DNA from: Octopus vulgaris
Lineage: Eukaryota
DNA: 64,000 nucleotides
Direction of reading: 5' to 3'
Assembly: GCA_951406725.2 (NCBI GenBank)
Contig: OX597814.1
Location: 27,652,001-27,716,000 of the forward strand
Of the stretch, positions 43,120 to 56,341 are shown one piece after another; the stretch's first letter is position 1; each line of letters begins with the position of its first letter. The position numbers and the translations under genes are program-made. Below the pieces are notes generated by a model. The model was not told where the DNA came from, ran no database searches, and saw only the letters and a list, made by a program, of their open reading frames with translations.

Positions 43120-45293
43120 AGAATTATTATTGCTTTCGAACAGATTTTCGAAATCAGCAAATGTACTTTGCTTGAAAATCTATATATGAATATCCTGCAG
43201 AGTGAGAATTCGTCGAGGAAGCGGAAGCCTACCACACGCCGACGATAGGCAATACACCTTGAAACCATGGTCCGTGTGTGGTTTCCGCTTCATCGGGGAA
43301 TTACCTCCCTTTGCCGGTTAAGGGCACCGTGACGGTGTCGAGCCTTTCTGGTGACGTCGATGTTCGCCTGGGGCTGAATGCAACAGTAACACCCCCACCA
43401 CCCTGCCCTGTCCCTAGCCATATTCAGATGGCTTTAGTCCCTTATGTTATCGAGCAGTTACTGTCTATATCTCTTTTAGAGAATTATTATTGCTTTCGAA
43501 CAGATTTTCGAAATCAGCAAATGTATTTTGCTTGAAAATCTATATATGAATATCCTGCAGAGTGAGAATTCGTCGAGGAAGCGGAAGCCTACCACACGCC
43601 GACGATAGGCAATACACCTTGAAACCATGGTCCGTGTGTGGTTTCCGCTTCATCGGGGAATTACCTCCCTTTGCAGGTTAAGGGCACCGTGACGGTGTCG
43701 AGCCTTTCTGGTGACGTCGATGTTCGCCTGGGGCTGAATGCAACAGTAACACCCCACCACCCTGCCCTGTCCCTAGCCATATTCAGATGGCTTTAGTCCC
43801 TTATGTTATCGAGCAGTTACTGTCTATATCTCTTTTAGAGAATTATTATTGCTTTCGAACAGATTTTCGAAATCAGCAAATGTATTTTGCTTGAAAATCT
43901 ATATATGAATATCCTGCAGAGTGAGAATTCGTCGAGGAAGCGGAAGCCTACCACACGCCGACGATAGGCAATACACCTTGAAACCATGGTCCGTGTGTGG
44001 TTTCCGCTTCATCGGGGAATTACCTCCCTTTGCAGGTTAAGGGCACCGTGACGGTGTCGAGCCTTTCTGGTGACGTCGATGTTCGCCTGGGGCTGAATGC
44101 AACAGTAACACCCCCACCACCCTGCCCTGTCCCTAGCCATATTCAGATGGCTTTAGTCCCTTATGTTATCGAGCAGTTACTGTCTATATCTCTTTTAGAG
44201 AATTATTATTGCTTTCGAACAGATTTTCGAAATCAGCAAATGTATTTTGCTTGAAAATCTATATATGAATATCCTGCAGAGTGAGAATTCGTCGAGGAAG
44301 CGGAAGCCTACCACACGCCGACGATAGGCAATACACCTTGAAACCATGGTCCGTGTGTGGTTTCCGCTTCATCGGGGAATTACCTCCCTTTGCAGGTTAA
44401 GGGCACCGTGACGGTGTCGAGCCTTTCTGGTGACGTCGATGTTCGCCTGGGGCTGAATGCAACAGTAACACCCCCACCACCCTGCCCTGTCCCTAGCCAT
44501 ATTCAGATGGCTTTAGTCCCTTATGTTATCGAGCAGTTACTGTCTATATCTCTTTTAGAGAATTATTATTGCTTTCGAACAGATTTTCGAAATCAGCAAA
44601 TGTATTTTGCTTGAAAATCTATATATGAATATCCTGCAGAGTGAGAATTCGTCGAGGAAGCGGAAGCCTACCACACGCCGACGATAGGCAATACACCTTG
44701 AAACCATGGTCCGTGTGTGGTTTCCGCTTCATCGGGGAATTACCTCCCTTTGCAGGTTAAGGGCACCGTGACGGTGTCGAGCCTTTCTGGTGACGTCGAT
44801 GTTCGCCTGGGGCTGAATGCAACAGTAACACCCCCACCACCCTGCCCTGTCCCTAGCCATATTCAGATGGCTTTAGTCCCTTATGTTATCGAGCAGTTAC
44901 TGTCTATATCTCTTTTAGAGAATTATTATTGCTTTCGAACAGATTTTCGAAATCAGCAAATGTATTTTGCTTGAAAATCTATATATGAATATCCTGCAGA
45001 GTGAGAATTCGTCGAGGAAGCGGAAGCCTACCACACGCCGACGATAGGCAATACACCTTGAAACCATGGTCCGTGTGTGGTTTCCGCTTCATCGGGGAAT
45101 TACCTCCCTTTGCAGGTTAAGGGCACCGTGACGGTGTCGAGCCTTTCTGGTGACGTCGATGTTCGCCTGGGGCTGAATGCAACAGTAACACCCCCACCAC
45201 CCTGCCCTGTCCCTAGCCATATTCAGATGGCTTTAGTCCCTTATGTTATCGAGCAGTTACTGTCTATATCTCTTTTAGAGAATTATTATTGCT
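43120..45293. repeat. Six head-to-tail 360-bp units plus 15-bp terminal redundancy; origin unknown
   Basis: agaattattattgct at 43120, 43480, 43839, 44199, 44559, 44919 and 45279; only three differences seen (43166, 43315, 1-bp deletion near 43752). Confidence 0.97.
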
Positions 45294-45530
45294 ATATATA
45301 TATAGGAATATATATATATAGGATATCACCCTATAGCTTCATCGGAGCTTTGAATATGAAGTGCAATTTTATTTAGGAATGCATTTCCAGAAATTCTTAT
45401 TCCTTTGTATTTTTAATTTCTTATTACTGCTCTGCACTCGACTGGCGATTTGTTCTGAAGCGTGTATATATTGAGTGGTACACCAGGTTATCAGTATCGC
45501 TATGCCTAAATGAAATAATAATAATAATAC

Positions 45531-45564
<34 letters not shown>

Positions 45565-45599
45565 AGAAACAAGAATAATAATAATAATGATAATGATAC

Positions 45600-46080
45600 T
45601 TTCTTTATTGGTCATAACGATAGACCACAAAACATAATGGACAATACATAGACGAAGGACAGTGAGGTTGTATGTGTAAAAAAGAAAAAAAAACACAACA
45701 ATTAAGGAAAATTACACAACAATATATAATTCCCCAAATAGGGGGAGATCCACCGAGAGGTGACCAAAGCAACCTCACCCACTTTGGGCTTCTAACACCA
45801 AGGCACCTCAGGTAAGCACCCCTTCCCTCCTCACTCCATTCGGCCTACAGGCGCACACTTAGAGTAGGCCAATTTACACGGGTCATCTTTGCTACATTCA
45901 CCCATCTCTCGACAAACTTACTGGGTGACAGCACCTTCGTCTTCAGTCTCACCTTACTTTTCAGGTGGTACCTGAAAAAGTCAATGAGGCCTTGGCCAAA
46001 AAGGAAGGTAACCGTCTTCAACACTTTCAATCGCGTCCACTATGCAACCTCTTACGTCATAGCCAGCCACCAGACAGAGA
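45600..46080 (-). mobile_element. L1/Tx1-like LINE 3' end (ORF2 C-terminus plus UTR)
   Basis: GQGLIDFFRYHLKSKVRLKTKVLSPSKFVERWVNVAKMTRV; terminus ..ccaataaagaaa. Confidence 0.65.
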
Positions 46081-46631
46081 GCAATCTATACTATAATGGA
46101 GAAAGCTGCTTATTAATTAGGTGTATATAACAATTACTATAAGTACTAAAAGAAAGCAATTATTAAAGGGTTGACCGTCTGGAAATATTTCTATAAATTC
46201 ATGTTCAAAGAAATTTCCTATAATTTCAATTCCTCAAGTTTATTGGATTTTTTAAACTCCAATTCTCGCAAATTTAAATATTCATTGCATTCACTGCGTC
46301 CAATTCTTCACAGATTTAAATATTCATTGCATTCACTGCAGAGTATTCCATTTTCATTTGTAAAGTCTCTCAGTTTCTCTTTTAAGTTTTAATTCGCTAT
46401 TTGGAAAACCGATCGTTTATTCTATTAAAGTATACGTAATGTAAAAACATTATTTATTGAATGAAAATTTTAAAAAATACCCGTATAATTTTTGAACGCG
46501 GGATAGCTGTGAGAAAAGTCTAGAAAGTTTGGTAATTACTATTAGAAGACGAGGAGAAAAATAAAACAAAAGTTACCGACCAGTCCTTGAAACTTGCACC
46601 TTATTCAGTTTCCAAACAGAACTTCAACAGT

Positions 46632-46695
<64 letters not shown>

Positions 46696-46824
46696 AATAC
46701 ACACTCGCGTTCACACATAGATACACATACACATCAATAGAAAGCAATGAATGCGTGGGTGTGTGTGCGTGCGTTTCTGCTAGTAATAACAATGATAATA
46801 AACATATATATATAAGTATGTATA

Positions 46825-46911
<87 letters not shown>

Positions 46912-47249
46912 GTCCCGGGTTGAGTTGGGGTTAACCACAGTAAATAAGGTACTCAATACATAGCAGAGTATATATATATACACGCGGATTTATCTATCTA
47001 TCTGTATAAATATGTGTGTATGTATCTTTCACTATATATATATATACATACAACACATACGCATACGCACGCGCAAACTCACGCGCGCACACACACACAC
47101 GCGAGTGAGTCATTGATCATTGGCAATGTATTTCCAAGTTTTTTTTTTCCTATTAGCAGAAAAATTAGTTGCCTTTGCATCACGAGATATAGTGTCCATC
47201 ATTTCCCTACGTCACATATTTTAATATGAAACATCAGCTATGTTAAACA

Positions 47250-48380
47250 TGGCCATTTCCCTTTCTGCTTACTCTGAAGAAGAGCAGTGATTAAAGAACA
47301 GTTTTCTGTCGGTAACAGCGTTTGAAATCCGTGGAAGGAGGCCTGCAGAACCGTATAGAAACAGTATTTTTAACGCTACGGACTGCCTACAAATGCATTG
47401 AAAAATAAATCAAAAATGGTCGCTCACGAAGAAGAGATCGGATGCCAGAAGATGACCTGTGCTGGTAACAACATAGAGCGAGTTTGTGATATGATTCTGT
47501 TGAACGGATGGATGATTGTTGAAACGGCGACTAATACGCAAAAACTGATGATTCTGTTTATGAAATCAAAATCATGCACTAAATATTTGGCTTCGGTAAA
47601 GTTTGTGCATGCTAGGTCTTAAAATATATCACAGAACTCCATGAACAGAATCGTTTCGAAATTTGCAATCGACTTATGAAATTCTATAGCAGTAAAAACA
47701 ACACTTTGTTGCATTAAATTAAATTAAATTAAATTAAAATGAATAAATATTTACGTCTTTCGTAACGAGACACGGCTATTCCATTACGAGCCGAAGTGTA
47801 AATGCCAAATTACTGAATGGAAACTTCTAGAACTTGACGCAAAACAACAACAACATCAAACAAACAAATTTCAAATCTAAACCGACAGCAGAAAAATGAT
47901 TCCAACTGTATCAGATTATTAACTGGAAAGAAGATCAACAATAATCAGTGCTTCTTAAAGCAAGGAGCTATGCGACAGTGGACAAGGAGGATTACTGTTG
48001 AAAGGTGTCGTACTGTTGTTCGCAATCCGTGTCCTGATATTGCTGTTTACATTGTTGAAATCTTCCAGAAACTGTAATTGGATATATTAAAGGATCTTCT
48101 GTATAGTCCTAGCTTTGTCTCTTGTATCACCTGCTTGGGCCAGTCAGTGACGCCTTAAGACGAAAGTCATCGATTTGCCAATGACCCCACCACTCAAAAT
48201 GAAGGAAGTTGTGACTCATAGTGAAAATATTCTGAGAGTGTATGTGTGTGTGTGCGTGAAAGACAGAGAGAGCGAGAGAGAGGAGGGGGAGAAAGAGAAA
48301 GAAAGAGAGAGAAAGAGAGAGTGACAGATAAAGACCCTTGTGCAAAAATGGGCCAAAATGTGTTGAAAAGCGAAGGGGCT
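47250..48380 (+). pseudogene. Heavily decayed mariner transposase (different subfamily from 33435)
   Basis: NETRLFHYEPKCKCQITEWK (GDETW..YEPE.K.QS.EW), GLLLKGVVLL, YSPS, YHLLGPVSDALR, LVQKWAK..CVEK. Confidence 0.75.
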
Positions 48381-48699
48381 CTGACCAAAAACAGTCTCCT
48401 CGTACTTATAAATAACTTTACTGTTGTTGCAATGAATTAAAAAAAAATAATTGCTATATAAAAAAAAAAAAGAACCCAGAATACATTATTGAGCAATGCT
48501 CTTCTCCAGAGCTAAGAGGAAGCGGAACGAATATGTTTAACGTAATAACAATGGCAACTTGACGCTCCATGTTCAAACTTGCATCGTTGAGAGTAGACAG
48601 AGACGACGCCTAATGGTGGCACGAGCAACTAATTTTTTCGTCAAAAAGAAAAACAAAAATATAAGTACACTATGGATAATTAATGACTCACCTTCATGT

Positions 48700-48825
<126 letters not shown>

Positions 48826-49115
48826 CTATGTCAGAAATCTACAAAACTTCCCTTCGCAGACGACACACGCTATATGAGTATGCATACACATAAGTGAATA
48901 CACCGAGCTAACTTTATCAGTAAATATATGTTCTATTTCTGCGAGTTTGTATGAAAATGTCAGTCTGTACAAGCATGAAGCATGTACAGACAAAACGTAT
49001 GTGTACTTTTTCCTGTGCGCTCGCGTCAGCGCCTATGTGACGTATGTCTGTAGATACATTCGCCATTTTGTCTGAGTCGCATGCATATACGTATGTATTT
49101 AGGTATGTATGCATG

Positions 49116-49150
<35 letters not shown>

Positions 49151-49316
49151 GTGTGTATATGAATGCGAATGCAAAGGTTCAAGTATTCGTTTGCCTATAA
49201 CTGTATGATCTTTTGTTGTATAGCTTTATATGTATGCGGATGATAATGAGAGTGTGGCCCTTGACCTTGTTATAAAAATGTATGCGTGCTGACTTGCCTC
49301 TAATAATAATAATAAC

Positions 49317-49383
<67 letters not shown>

Positions 49384-49443
49384 GTAATAATAATAATAAT
49401 AATAATGGTAATAATAATAATAATAATAACAATAATAATAATA

Positions 49444-49474
<31 letters not shown>

Positions 49475-49895
49475 TGGGGATGATGATGATAATAATGATA
49501 ATAATGGTAATCCATACACACGCGTATGTTTATTTTGTGTGTGTATATCTATATATCTATATATATATATATATATGTGCGTGTGTGTGTGTGTGTGTGA
49601 TGTATGCTTTTGTGTGAGCGTGTTATGTTGGATGCATATGTGCGTTATTCTTATCGAATGTGTGTATGCGTACGCAAGCATGTACCTGTGTGTGTGCAAG
49701 TATGCGCTTGTAAATGTATGAAATATGCTTTATCGGAGAGTATTATGTGTATGCGTGCGCGCTGTATGTATGTATGTATGTATAAATATGTTTACACGCC
49801 GACATACATACACACGCACACAAGTGTGAACGTCTGCAAAAGCCGTTTCGATATTTATGTGCAAATGATGTGTGCGTATATATATATATATTTGT

Positions 49896-49963
<68 letters not shown>

Positions 49964-50637
49964 GCGTGTATGTGTGTTTGTGTCTGTAAGCGTACATTAA
50001 TTCACGTACACACATCCCATATGTATGGGATGTGTGTACGTGTACTTCTGTGATCTTGTGTAAGACTGGAATGAAATGAATACGTACGCGGCGTACACGA
50101 AAGAAAGGATTCAGATATATAGAAGGACAGAAAGAGAACGAGTGAATAACAGAGGAAGAGGAATAGAAAGCGAGGAGGTTTAGAGGAATAGATAGCAAAT
50201 GAAGCAGAGTGAGAAGGTTAGAGATGGATGGTATGTTAAACATATGTGACAAACCATGAGAGAATGGGTGTGGAGGAGAAACGGAGAAAGACTACAGGAA
50301 TATAGAAGTGGAAGAATGAATGGAAGACGAAGCTGAAGAAGAAACATTAGAAGGAAAGATGGGGGAAAAGGTGGAAGGAAGGAAGAAAGAAAGAAAGTAG
50401 ATGATGTAGAAAAGACAGAAAGATAGAATGAAAGAACGAGGGAAGAAAGATAAACAGAGAAGGTGCCGATTAGGCTGTGGTGGTAAGAGGAGGTAATAGA
50501 GGAATCCCGGCTCAGCCGTTAGGTGGCCTCTTACGATATTGAGTGTTCTAATTTGAAATCATAGCTATCTGTTAGTATCCTTGATTTATGAGTGTGTCTT
50601 AAAAACGCAAACACTCACGCACACACACAAACGCAAT

Positions 50638-50677
<40 letters not shown>

Positions 50678-51151
50678 ATACATACATGTAAGACATGCAT
50701 ACAACAAACACTTGAACATACAACAAATGCAGATATAACATATATGCATCCAGCATCCAAAACACACAGCGCTCATCTCCTATAACACATACTTACACAT
50801 ACATACAGGCATATATTCACAGATAGATACTAACAGACACACACATACACACACACACTTACATACCAATATATTCTTGTTCATATAAATATATGTACCA
50901 CATACACACACGCACACACACATACACTTGCACATACATGTGTGTGTGTGTATTTGTTCTACATGTGTGAGTGTATATCGAAGTAGTATTCAGCTACATG
51001 TGTATAAATCAGATAAATTTGGGTATGTAAAGAAAATTACACGCATATTAATATATACACATATCTCTGCATAGGAGTATACATATTCATGAATGTTTTT
51101 CAGACCCGTCTATGAATAGGTGTGTGTGTGTGTGTGAGTGAGTATAAAAGA

Positions 51152-51203
<52 letters not shown>

Positions 51204-51216
51204 GTAATATATATAA

Positions 51217-51269
<53 letters not shown>

Positions 51270-51280
51270 CATATATATGT

Positions 51281-51500
51281 TACTCTTACTTGTTTCAGTC
51301 ATTTGACTGCGGCCATGCTGGAGCACTGCCTTTAGGTCGAATAAATCGACCCCATTCTTTGTAAGCCTAGTATTTATTCTATCGGTCTCTTTTTGCCGAA
51401 CCGCTACTTTACTGGGACGTAGATACACCACCATCTGTTGTCAAGCGATGTTTGTGTGTGTGTGTGGAAACAAACACAGACACATAAACATATACATACA
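51281..51500 (-). mobile_element. SINE family A, 3' half
   Basis: Homology to 1645-2040. Confidence 0.85.
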
Positions 51501-51647
51501 TACATACATACATACATACATACATACATACATACATACATACATACATACATACATACATACATACGTTCATACATGCATACATACATACATACATACA
51601 TACATACATACATACATACATACGTATATACGTACATACATACGTAC

Positions 51648-51687
<40 letters not shown>

Positions 51688-51689
<2 letters not shown>

Positions 51690-51887
51690 CCGCGTGTGTA
51701 CCGTTGGCGATTTTTTCCCCTCTGTCTTCCCTTCTCTGGATCTTTCCTTCTCCTATGTTTCCGACGAAGAGCGCCGCTCGAAACGTTAAGCCCTCCTTCT
51801 TTCCTTCTTCCCTGAGCGTCCAATAATACTATATTTGTTCCACGTCCTCGCGTTGTTGTGTTTTTTTGTGCTTTCTTGTTTGGATTA
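51688..51887 (+). mobile_element. Penelope-like pseudo-LTR fragment with minimal type I hammerhead motif
   Basis: GUUU-CCGACGA-A-GAGC-GCC-GCUC-GAA-ACGU-U-AAGC at 51757-51791; abuts (TA)n. Confidence 0.65.
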
Positions 51888-51888
51888 T

Positions 51889-52351
51889 ACTCTTTAACTT
51901 GTTTCAGTCATTTGACTGCGGCCATGCTGGAGCACCGCCTTTAATCGAGCAACTCGACCCCGGGACTTATTCTTTTGTAAGCCCAGTACTTATTCTATCG
52001 GTCTGTTTTGCCCAACCGCATAGTTACGGGGACATAAACACACCAGCATCGGTTGTCAAGCAATGTTAGAGGGACAAACACAGACACACAAACACACACA
52101 CGCATATATATATTTATACATATATATGACAGGCTTCTTTCAGTTTCCGTCTACCAAATCCACTCACAAGGCTTTGGTCGGCCCGAGGCTATAGTAGAAG
52201 ACACTTGCCCAAGGTGCCACGCAGTGGGACTGAACCCGGAACCACGTCTACCAAATCTACTAGAAGACACTTGCCCAAGGTTCCACGCAGTGGGACTAAA
52301 CCCGGAACCATGTGGTTGGTAAGCAAGCTACTTACACACAGCCACTCCTGC
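51889..52351 (-). mobile_element. SINE family A with internal partial duplication
   Basis: Homology; agaagacacttgcccaagg..ccggaacca repeated. Confidence 0.9.
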
Positions 52352-52572
52352 ACACACACATACATATATACACATACATTGCTCTTGCTGTTTACCCCCT
52401 GGTGAGCTGTAAATCAGCAGACCCCTATTGAAAAGTATTCTAAATGTGACCATTCCATTGTAATTTTAGGCATTGTGCAGCATGGGATTATGTTGAAGGG
52501 CATCGATGATTGAAGCGAAATTCGGGTGCTATCTCTAGCGGCACGAGTGGTCACGTAAGGACCATATATATG

Positions 52573-52939
52573 TCTTTTACTTGCTTCAGTCATTAAATTG
52601 CAGTCATGCTGGGGTATCGCTTTGATGATGAGCTTGGTACTTATTCAGTCGGTGTCTTCGGACGAACCGCTAAGTTACGGGAACCGGAACGTAAACAAAG
52701 CAATACCGGTTGTTAATCGGTGATGGGGACAAGCACAGACACAAAACTGCGCGCACGCACGTACACACACATACACATATACGACGGGATTCTTTCAGCT
52801 TCCGTCTACCAAATCCTTTCACAAGGCTTTGGTTGGCCCGCGGCTATAGTAGAAGCCACTTGCCCAAAGTGTCATGCAATGGGACTGAACCCGGAACCAT
52901 ATGGATGGGAAGTAAACTTCTCACAACGTAACCACACCT
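52573..52939 (-). mobile_element. Diverged SINE family A
   Basis: Homology to family consensus. Confidence 0.8.
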
Positions 52940-52949
52940 GAACATCTAT

Positions 52950-53323
52950 TTACCAACCACTTGGTTCCAGGTTCAGTCCCATTGCGTGGCACCTTGGGCA
53001 AGTGTCTTCTACTATAGCCTCGGGCCGACCAAAGCCTTGTGAGTGGATTTGGTAGACGGAAACTGAGAGAAGCCCGTCGTATATATGTATATGTATATGT
53101 GTGTGTATGTGTGTGTATATGTTTGTGTGTCTGAGTTTGTCCCACCAACATCGCTTGACAACCGATGCTGGTGTGTTTACGTCCCCGTAACCATGCGGTT
53201 CGGCAAATAAGTCCGATAGAATAAGTACTAGGCTTACAAATAATAAGTCCTGTTGTCAATCTACTCGACTAAAGGCGGTGTTCCAACATGGCCACAGTCA
53301 AATGACGGAAACAAGTAAAAGAG
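52950..53323 (+). mobile_element. SINE family A, head-to-head with the previous copy
   Basis: Homology to family consensus. Confidence 0.88.
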
Positions 53324-53370
53324 TATCTATCTATCTATTTATCTATACATACACATATAGTACTTTAGGT

Positions 53371-53718
53371 GTGGAGGCGCAATGGCCCAGTGGTTAGGGC
53401 AGCGGACTCGCGGTCTTAGGATACGATTCCCAGATCGGGCGTTGTGAATGTTTATTGAGCGAAAACACCTAAAAGCTCCACGAGGCTCCGGCAGGGGGTG
53501 GTGGGAACCCCACTGTACTCTTTCGTCACAACTTTCTCTCACTCTTTCTTGCTGTTTCTGTTGTACCTGTATTTCAAAGGGCCAACCTTGTCACACACTG
53601 TCTCACGCAGAATCTCCCCGAGAACTACGTTAAGAGTACACGTGTCTGTGGAGTGCTCAGCCACTTGCACGTTTATTTCACGAGCAGGCTGTTCCGTTGA
53701 TCGGATCAACTGGAACCC
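53371..53718 (+). mobile_element. SINE family C with TSD
   Basis: tatagtacttt at 53356-53366 and 53719-53729. Confidence 0.88.
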
Positions 53719-54477
53719 TATAGTACTTTGGGTCTTCCTGTTTTATGCACACACGCATGCTTAAATTTGCTTGTGTATCTGTGTATGCGTTTGTTTGTGT
53801 GTGTGTGTGCGTGTGCAAGTGAAATGATGTAGTTTGTGTACATTTGAATGCAAGCACAGTAAGATAACTGCTTACATGTTTGCATGCATGAATGTACGGG
53901 TACATGCGTAATACATGTATCTATATACTATTGTTTACAAAGATATGCCCGAATACATGCCTGTATACATACATGTATACATACATGCATGCATGCGTAC
54001 ATATATACATACATGCATACATACATGCATACATACATATATGCATACATAATACACAAACACATACATATATACATACATACACATACATACACGCACA
54101 CATACATACACATATACATACACAAACGCACACATATAAATATATACATACGTACACATATATACATACATGCATACATACATATATACATACGTAATAC
54201 ACACACACACATACATATATACATACATAATACATGCATACATATATACATACACACACACTTACATACTCGCACACATACATACACACATACACAAACA
54301 CACACTCATACATACATACATACATACATACATACATACATACATACATACATACATACACACACACATACATATATACATACCTACACTATGTGTATGT
54401 GTGTCTATGATGGATGTATATATAGTTCAATGTGTTAGTGTAAGCAAATGCGTGTGTAAGAGAGTGAAGACCTATAC

Positions 54478-55090
54478 TCAAAAGCATTCCAGGCTTGACC
54501 ATCCCTTCTTTTTCTATGGGCAGAGATGGAACCTAGGACCGTATTATCCGAAATAGCCTTTTCTAAAACATTAGGAAGAAATCCGAAGAAATTTGGTTGC
54601 TATTTCTGGTTGATTGAGCAACCACCTACAAGATCCCTCATTGGTTCATGTAATAAACGGTGTAGTTTAACGCCAGATCAACGTTGATTGAGCAGACCTA
54701 TGATAAAAAGACATTCCAGACATGGCCACCTTAACTTTATGGATGTATTTTAGGATTGCATTATCTAAAGTGCCCGATCCTTATATAAGACAGTGGCGTG
54801 TGATTTGAAGTAGATTTGGCAGCTATTTCTAGTTGATCGAGCAACCATGTACAGAATTACCCGCTGGTTCATGTAATAAACGGTATTGGTGTTGTTTAGC
54901 TACAGGTCAATGTTGATCGAGCAGACCTATGATCGAAGACATTCCAAATATGACCACCTCATCTTTGTAGGTGTATTTCAGGTCTGCATTATCTAATGTA
55001 CCCGGCCGTTATATATAAACAGTGGCATGTGAGAAAGGAAGATTTGGTTGCTATTTCTAGTAGATTGACTGACCACGCAGAAGTTGCCTC
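54478..55090 (+). repeat. Old interspersed repeat (family D), diverged tandem copies
   Basis: agcagacctatgat..acattcca and gatttgg.tgctatttctag recur here and near 9400, 10030-10200, 16130-16280 and 52420-52550. Confidence 0.65.
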
Positions 55091-55799
55091 AGTGACTCGT
55101 AACGAACGCGGCAGAGATATCGCCACTACAGCCATAACCACTAACAGCAATGCCTTTATATTATACCACCACGTTCATTACCACTACCTTATAATCACTA
55201 AAGAACGTAGTAGTTATATATGCAGTGGTGGAGGTGGTGTAGATGGTGGTGTAGATGGTGGTGGTGATGGTGGTGGCGATGAGGGTGTTGGTGGCGGTAC
55301 AAAAACCATCCATAAAGCCAGCCAGAGTAGCTCCCCCATCATCCGATACGACGACTAGATAGATCAGAGTGTAACACTAAAGCAACCAATGACGTAGATA
55401 GAAAATTGTGTGGGGGAAGACAACAATAATTCCCCTTACCGTCCCCTCTCCACACCACCATCATCACCTTGGCTTCAATCACCTTCTATCTCCCCCTCCC
55501 TCCCTCTCTCTCTCTGTCTCTGTTCCTCTCTCCCTTCATCTCTCTCTCTCTCTTTTTCTCTCGCTTTCTATTTCTGTCTTTTTTTCTCTCTCTCCCCTCG
55601 CTCACCTGATTTTCCTACCTACCTACAGACTTACCTACCTACCTACATTCCTCGTTCCCTCTTTCTTCTTATTCTTCTGCCTCTCTCTTTCAATCTCTCT
55701 GACTCTCTTTAACCTTATTTCTCTCTGTCTATCTGTACACATATCTCTTTCTATCTTCCTCTGTCTCTCCTACTTGTCTCTTGACGTCATCACTGCTTA

Positions 55800-55800
55800 G

Positions 55801-55834
<34 letters not shown>

Positions 55835-56277
55835 CATGTATATGTTTGTATATGTACACACATAGGCATATACATGTGCATAGATATGCGTATATATATA
55901 TATGCATATATGTATCACACATCATATGTACGTGTGTATGCATATATGCATATATAAATTCACATATACATCAATATATGCGCATGTGTGTATATATATA
56001 TATACATATATATACATATATATATACATACATACACATACATATATATATGTATATGCATATATATGCACATATATATTTGTATTAACATATGTTTGTA
56101 TGTATGTATGTATGTATATATATATGTGTGTGTGTACATAAATGTATATGTACACACACACACACACACATATTTGTATGTCTGCGTGTGTTCATACAGA
56201 AATGATAAACACACTCACACACATATATTGTATTAATAGTTTTACATATACATACATACATATACATCTATATATCC

Positions 56278-56341
<64 letters not shown>

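Noticed and set aside
43278-43535. 85-aa ORF in each 360-bp unit as a gene family
   Set aside because: GTG start, frameshifted in unit 2, no recognisable domain; that frame is not open around the circle
43975-44070. Hammerhead (minus CCGAUGA-AGCG-GAAAC) or twister (GGUGUCGAGCC) in the 360-bp unit
   Set aside because: The hammerhead lacks stems I and II; the twister P4/P2 helices and GA motif do not form
55385-55789. CCAAT/TGACGT and TGACGTCA promoter motifs
   Set aside because: Isolated short motifs with no associated gene
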